IMG/VR virus record: IMGVR_UViG_3300033463_000005
Span: 32,001 to 96,000 of that record
DNA: 64,000 nt
Source of the DNA: a virus
Taxonomy: Duplodnaviria > Caudoviricetes
Direction: 5' to 3' (one strand)
A program made the translations under genes and the position numbers. The notes beneath the pieces were generated by a model that did not search any database, had not been told where the DNA came from, and saw only the letters and a list, made by a program, of their open reading frames with translations. How positions within the stretch are numbered: the stretch's first letter is position 1; each line of letters opens with the position of its first letter. Below are positions 62,055-64,000 of the stretch, in pieces.

Positions 62055-62079
62055 AGATGGGCTCGGATGAGCCCATCTC
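62055..62079. terminator. Hairpin terminator
   Basis: AGATGGGCTC-GGAT-GAGCCCATCT. Confidence 0.7.
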
Positions 62080-62100
62080 ATCTCGTGAAATGTAATCGTA

Positions 62101-64000
62101 TCAGCCTACCGATAACCGTTCTACTTGTTTCGGTATGTCGTTATCCTGGAATTCACCATCCAGTTTTCTTCTTGGAGGTTTTGTTGAGAGTTGTTGCTGT
62201 TTACGTTGTTGATTCCGTTCTTTCATCAGTTTCAGCATATCGCTCAACATGGTTTCAATCTGAACAGAACGAACATTGAATGTGTGATCCATAATCCGTT
62301 TCACATTCTCTGTCATATCTGTCGTTGCTGATTGACGATATCTGTTGACAATCACTGGTTGTTGTGATTGCATATCAGATGAATACTGGAATAACTCGTC
62401 GATGTTATTCAGCGGCGGGATATCTTGTTGGATGATGGATGACATATCACCATTTGCAACGGTTGTCGTCATGGTTGATTCGAATTTCGTATTGACGTCC
62501 GGATTCACAAGACCATGTTCAATACTACTTTCACCCGCAGATACCTCGACGTTTCGATTTGGATCCATATATCCCTGTGCTTTTGCTTCATCCAGATATC
62601 GTTCGCCATCTGATTTCTTCAAATATTTCAGAACAGTTTTTGCATTTTCGGAATTACCGACATTATACACATAATACTTGTCTTTGCCATATGTGTACTC
62701 ATATACATCCGGATAGGTCTTACGGAATTCGCTATATGCAATGGATTGCTTCTTCAACTTATCATATTGCACAGCATTCATTGCAGATGCAATCGATTCA
62801 TTGTTTTCATCCGTAAGCGAATACATACCGCCACCATTTCCGTTGAATGTAACAGGAACACCCAATGTATATGAATAACTATCGGTTGGAATCACGATGG
62901 AAGACGGACCATTCTCTGAATCAGATTCGTCCTCTCTCCATTTGAAGAATGTCATCGGGTTCAATTTTGTTTGTGACGCACCATCTTTGATCGTGTAGTG
63001 TAAGTGTGCACCAGTTGAGTGACCAGTGCTACCGACTCTACCAACAACTTGACCACCTTGAATCTTATCACCTGGGTTGAGAGAGGTCTTCATACCAGCG
63101 ACATATGTGTATGGTAATTCAGACAAATGGTAGTAATGGTGCTCATCTCCACCAGAGTCTTTCCAAATCAACGTGTTACCAGTTGATTTATCCCAGCTTG
63201 AAGAAGCTGTTCTAACAGTACCACCAGTCGTTGCAACGACTTCTGGTGTACGATCAGAAGACCACAAGAAGTCAATACCGCTGTGATCACTACCAGTTGT
63301 ACCTTGACCTTGACGGTTTGGTGTTTGACGCTTACGGAACCAGTGACCAATGTTACCAGAAGACCAAGCCTTATTGGATCTACCGGAGCCATTTGTCATT
63401 GTGAAGAATTCATGCAACGGAGATTCTGATGTTGCTCCAGTCTGTGGAATATTTGGTTCGAATATTGAAGGTGTATACACATCCGTCGCGAGTTTCGCAC
63501 CACGATCGGAGAAGAAACCTGTACCAGATACTTCAACATTATTACCAGTCAATGCCGTTGTCATTTGATCGATAAACGAACCCGCGGAAGAATCAGCAGC
63601 GGATAACGCATCTGTCATACCGGAAATGATACCACCTGTCGGATTTCCATTTTCATCCGTTTCACCAATTGCAGTCTTCATGAATGAACTGAATGATTCA
63701 GAATCTGTGTTTGCTTGTTTCTTCAACCGTTCAGTTGCAGCTTTTGCATAATATGTATTAATATTCTTTTGGAATCGTTTCTCATATTCTGCATCAGACT
63801 CACCGGCATATTTTGAATTTTCCTTCTTAAAGATTTCTCGTGCTTCTTGTTCCAATTTGATACGATCATTTTCATCCATATTACTCAAATCGATACCAGC
63901 ATCTTGTAACGCTTTCTGATTCTTGGCGTTCTTCTGTTCTTCATTCAATGAAGACTCCATGTCACTTTCACCGATGAAGATTGATACAAGCTGACCAACG
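62101..64000 (-). CDS. Tail-associated M23 peptidase protein, C-terminal part (5' end beyond the window); paralog of the 56408 protein
   Basis: HSGIDF, YYHL, GRVGSTGHSTGAHLHY. The frame stays open to the window edge (VGQLVSIFIGESD before the track's Met). Confidence 0.85.
   Translation of the reverse strand, partial: VGQLVSIFIGESDMESSLNEEQKNAKNQKALQDAGIDLSNMDENDRIKLEQEAREIFKKENSKYAGESDAEYEKRFQKNINTYYAKAATERLKKQANTDSESFSSFMKTAIGETDENGNPTGGIISGMTDALSAADSSAGSFIDQMTTALTGNNVEVSGTGFFSDRGAKLATDVYTPSIFEPNIPQTGATSESPLHEFFTMTNGSGRSNKAWSSGNIGHWFRKRQTPNRQGQGTTGSDHSGIDFLWSSDRTPEVVATTGGTVRTASSSWDKSTGNTLIWKDSGGDEHHYYHLSELPYTYVAGMKTSLNPGDKIQGGQVVGRVGSTGHSTGAHLHYTIKDGASQTKLNPMTFFKWREDESDSENGPSSIVIPTDSYSYTLGVPVTFNGNGGGMYSLTDENNESIASAMNAVQYDKLKKQSIAYSEFRKTYPDVYEYTYGKDKYYVYNVGNSENAKTVLKYLKKSDGERYLDEAKAQGYMDPNRNVEVSAGESSIEHGLVNPDVNTKFESTMTTTVANGDMSSIIQQDIPPLNNIDELFQYSSDMQSQQPVIVNRYRQSATTDMTENVKRIMDHTFNVRSVQIETMLSDMLKLMKERNQQRKQQQLSTKPPRRKLDGEFQDNDIPKQVERLSVG

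Noticed and set aside
1-64000. tRNA/rRNA genes, inteins, stop-codon reassignment, chimallin or tubulin
   Set aside because: None was recognised. Long genes read through intact in the standard code and core enzymes show no intein-sized inserts. Divergent cases cannot be excluded by eye.

Overview
This window is part of a jumbo myophage genome of the phiKZ/AR9(PBS1)-like type, with split multisubunit RNA polymerases. The host is probably a Firmicute, inferred from strong AGGAGG ribosome-binding sites and several peptidoglycan hydrolase domains. Core genes: portal (3' part), an SF2 helicase split by a 327-nt group I intron, large terminase, three RNAP subunits, tail sheath and probable tube, GyrB-like topoisomerase, FEN/RNase H-like nuclease, BCS1-like AAA ATPase, a tail fibre/baseplate cluster, RusA, an HU-like protein and two paralogous giant cell-wall hydrolase proteins. 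Two phage promoter classes (TATATNAT and AACR-N6-TA) and about 19 related GC-rich hairpin terminators are visible. The main unexplained signals are: (1) three structured intergenic RNA candidates, each starting at an AACR-N6-TA-type promoter and carrying anti-Shine-Dalgarno CCUCC motifs, one with a 22-nt exact antisense match to an early phage gene 16 kb away; (2) a group I intron in a helicase Walker A motif with a re-coded but fully paired P7 helix; (3) a small gene bracketed by 20-bp perfect inverted repeats. All calls come from reading motifs by eye; no searches were run.
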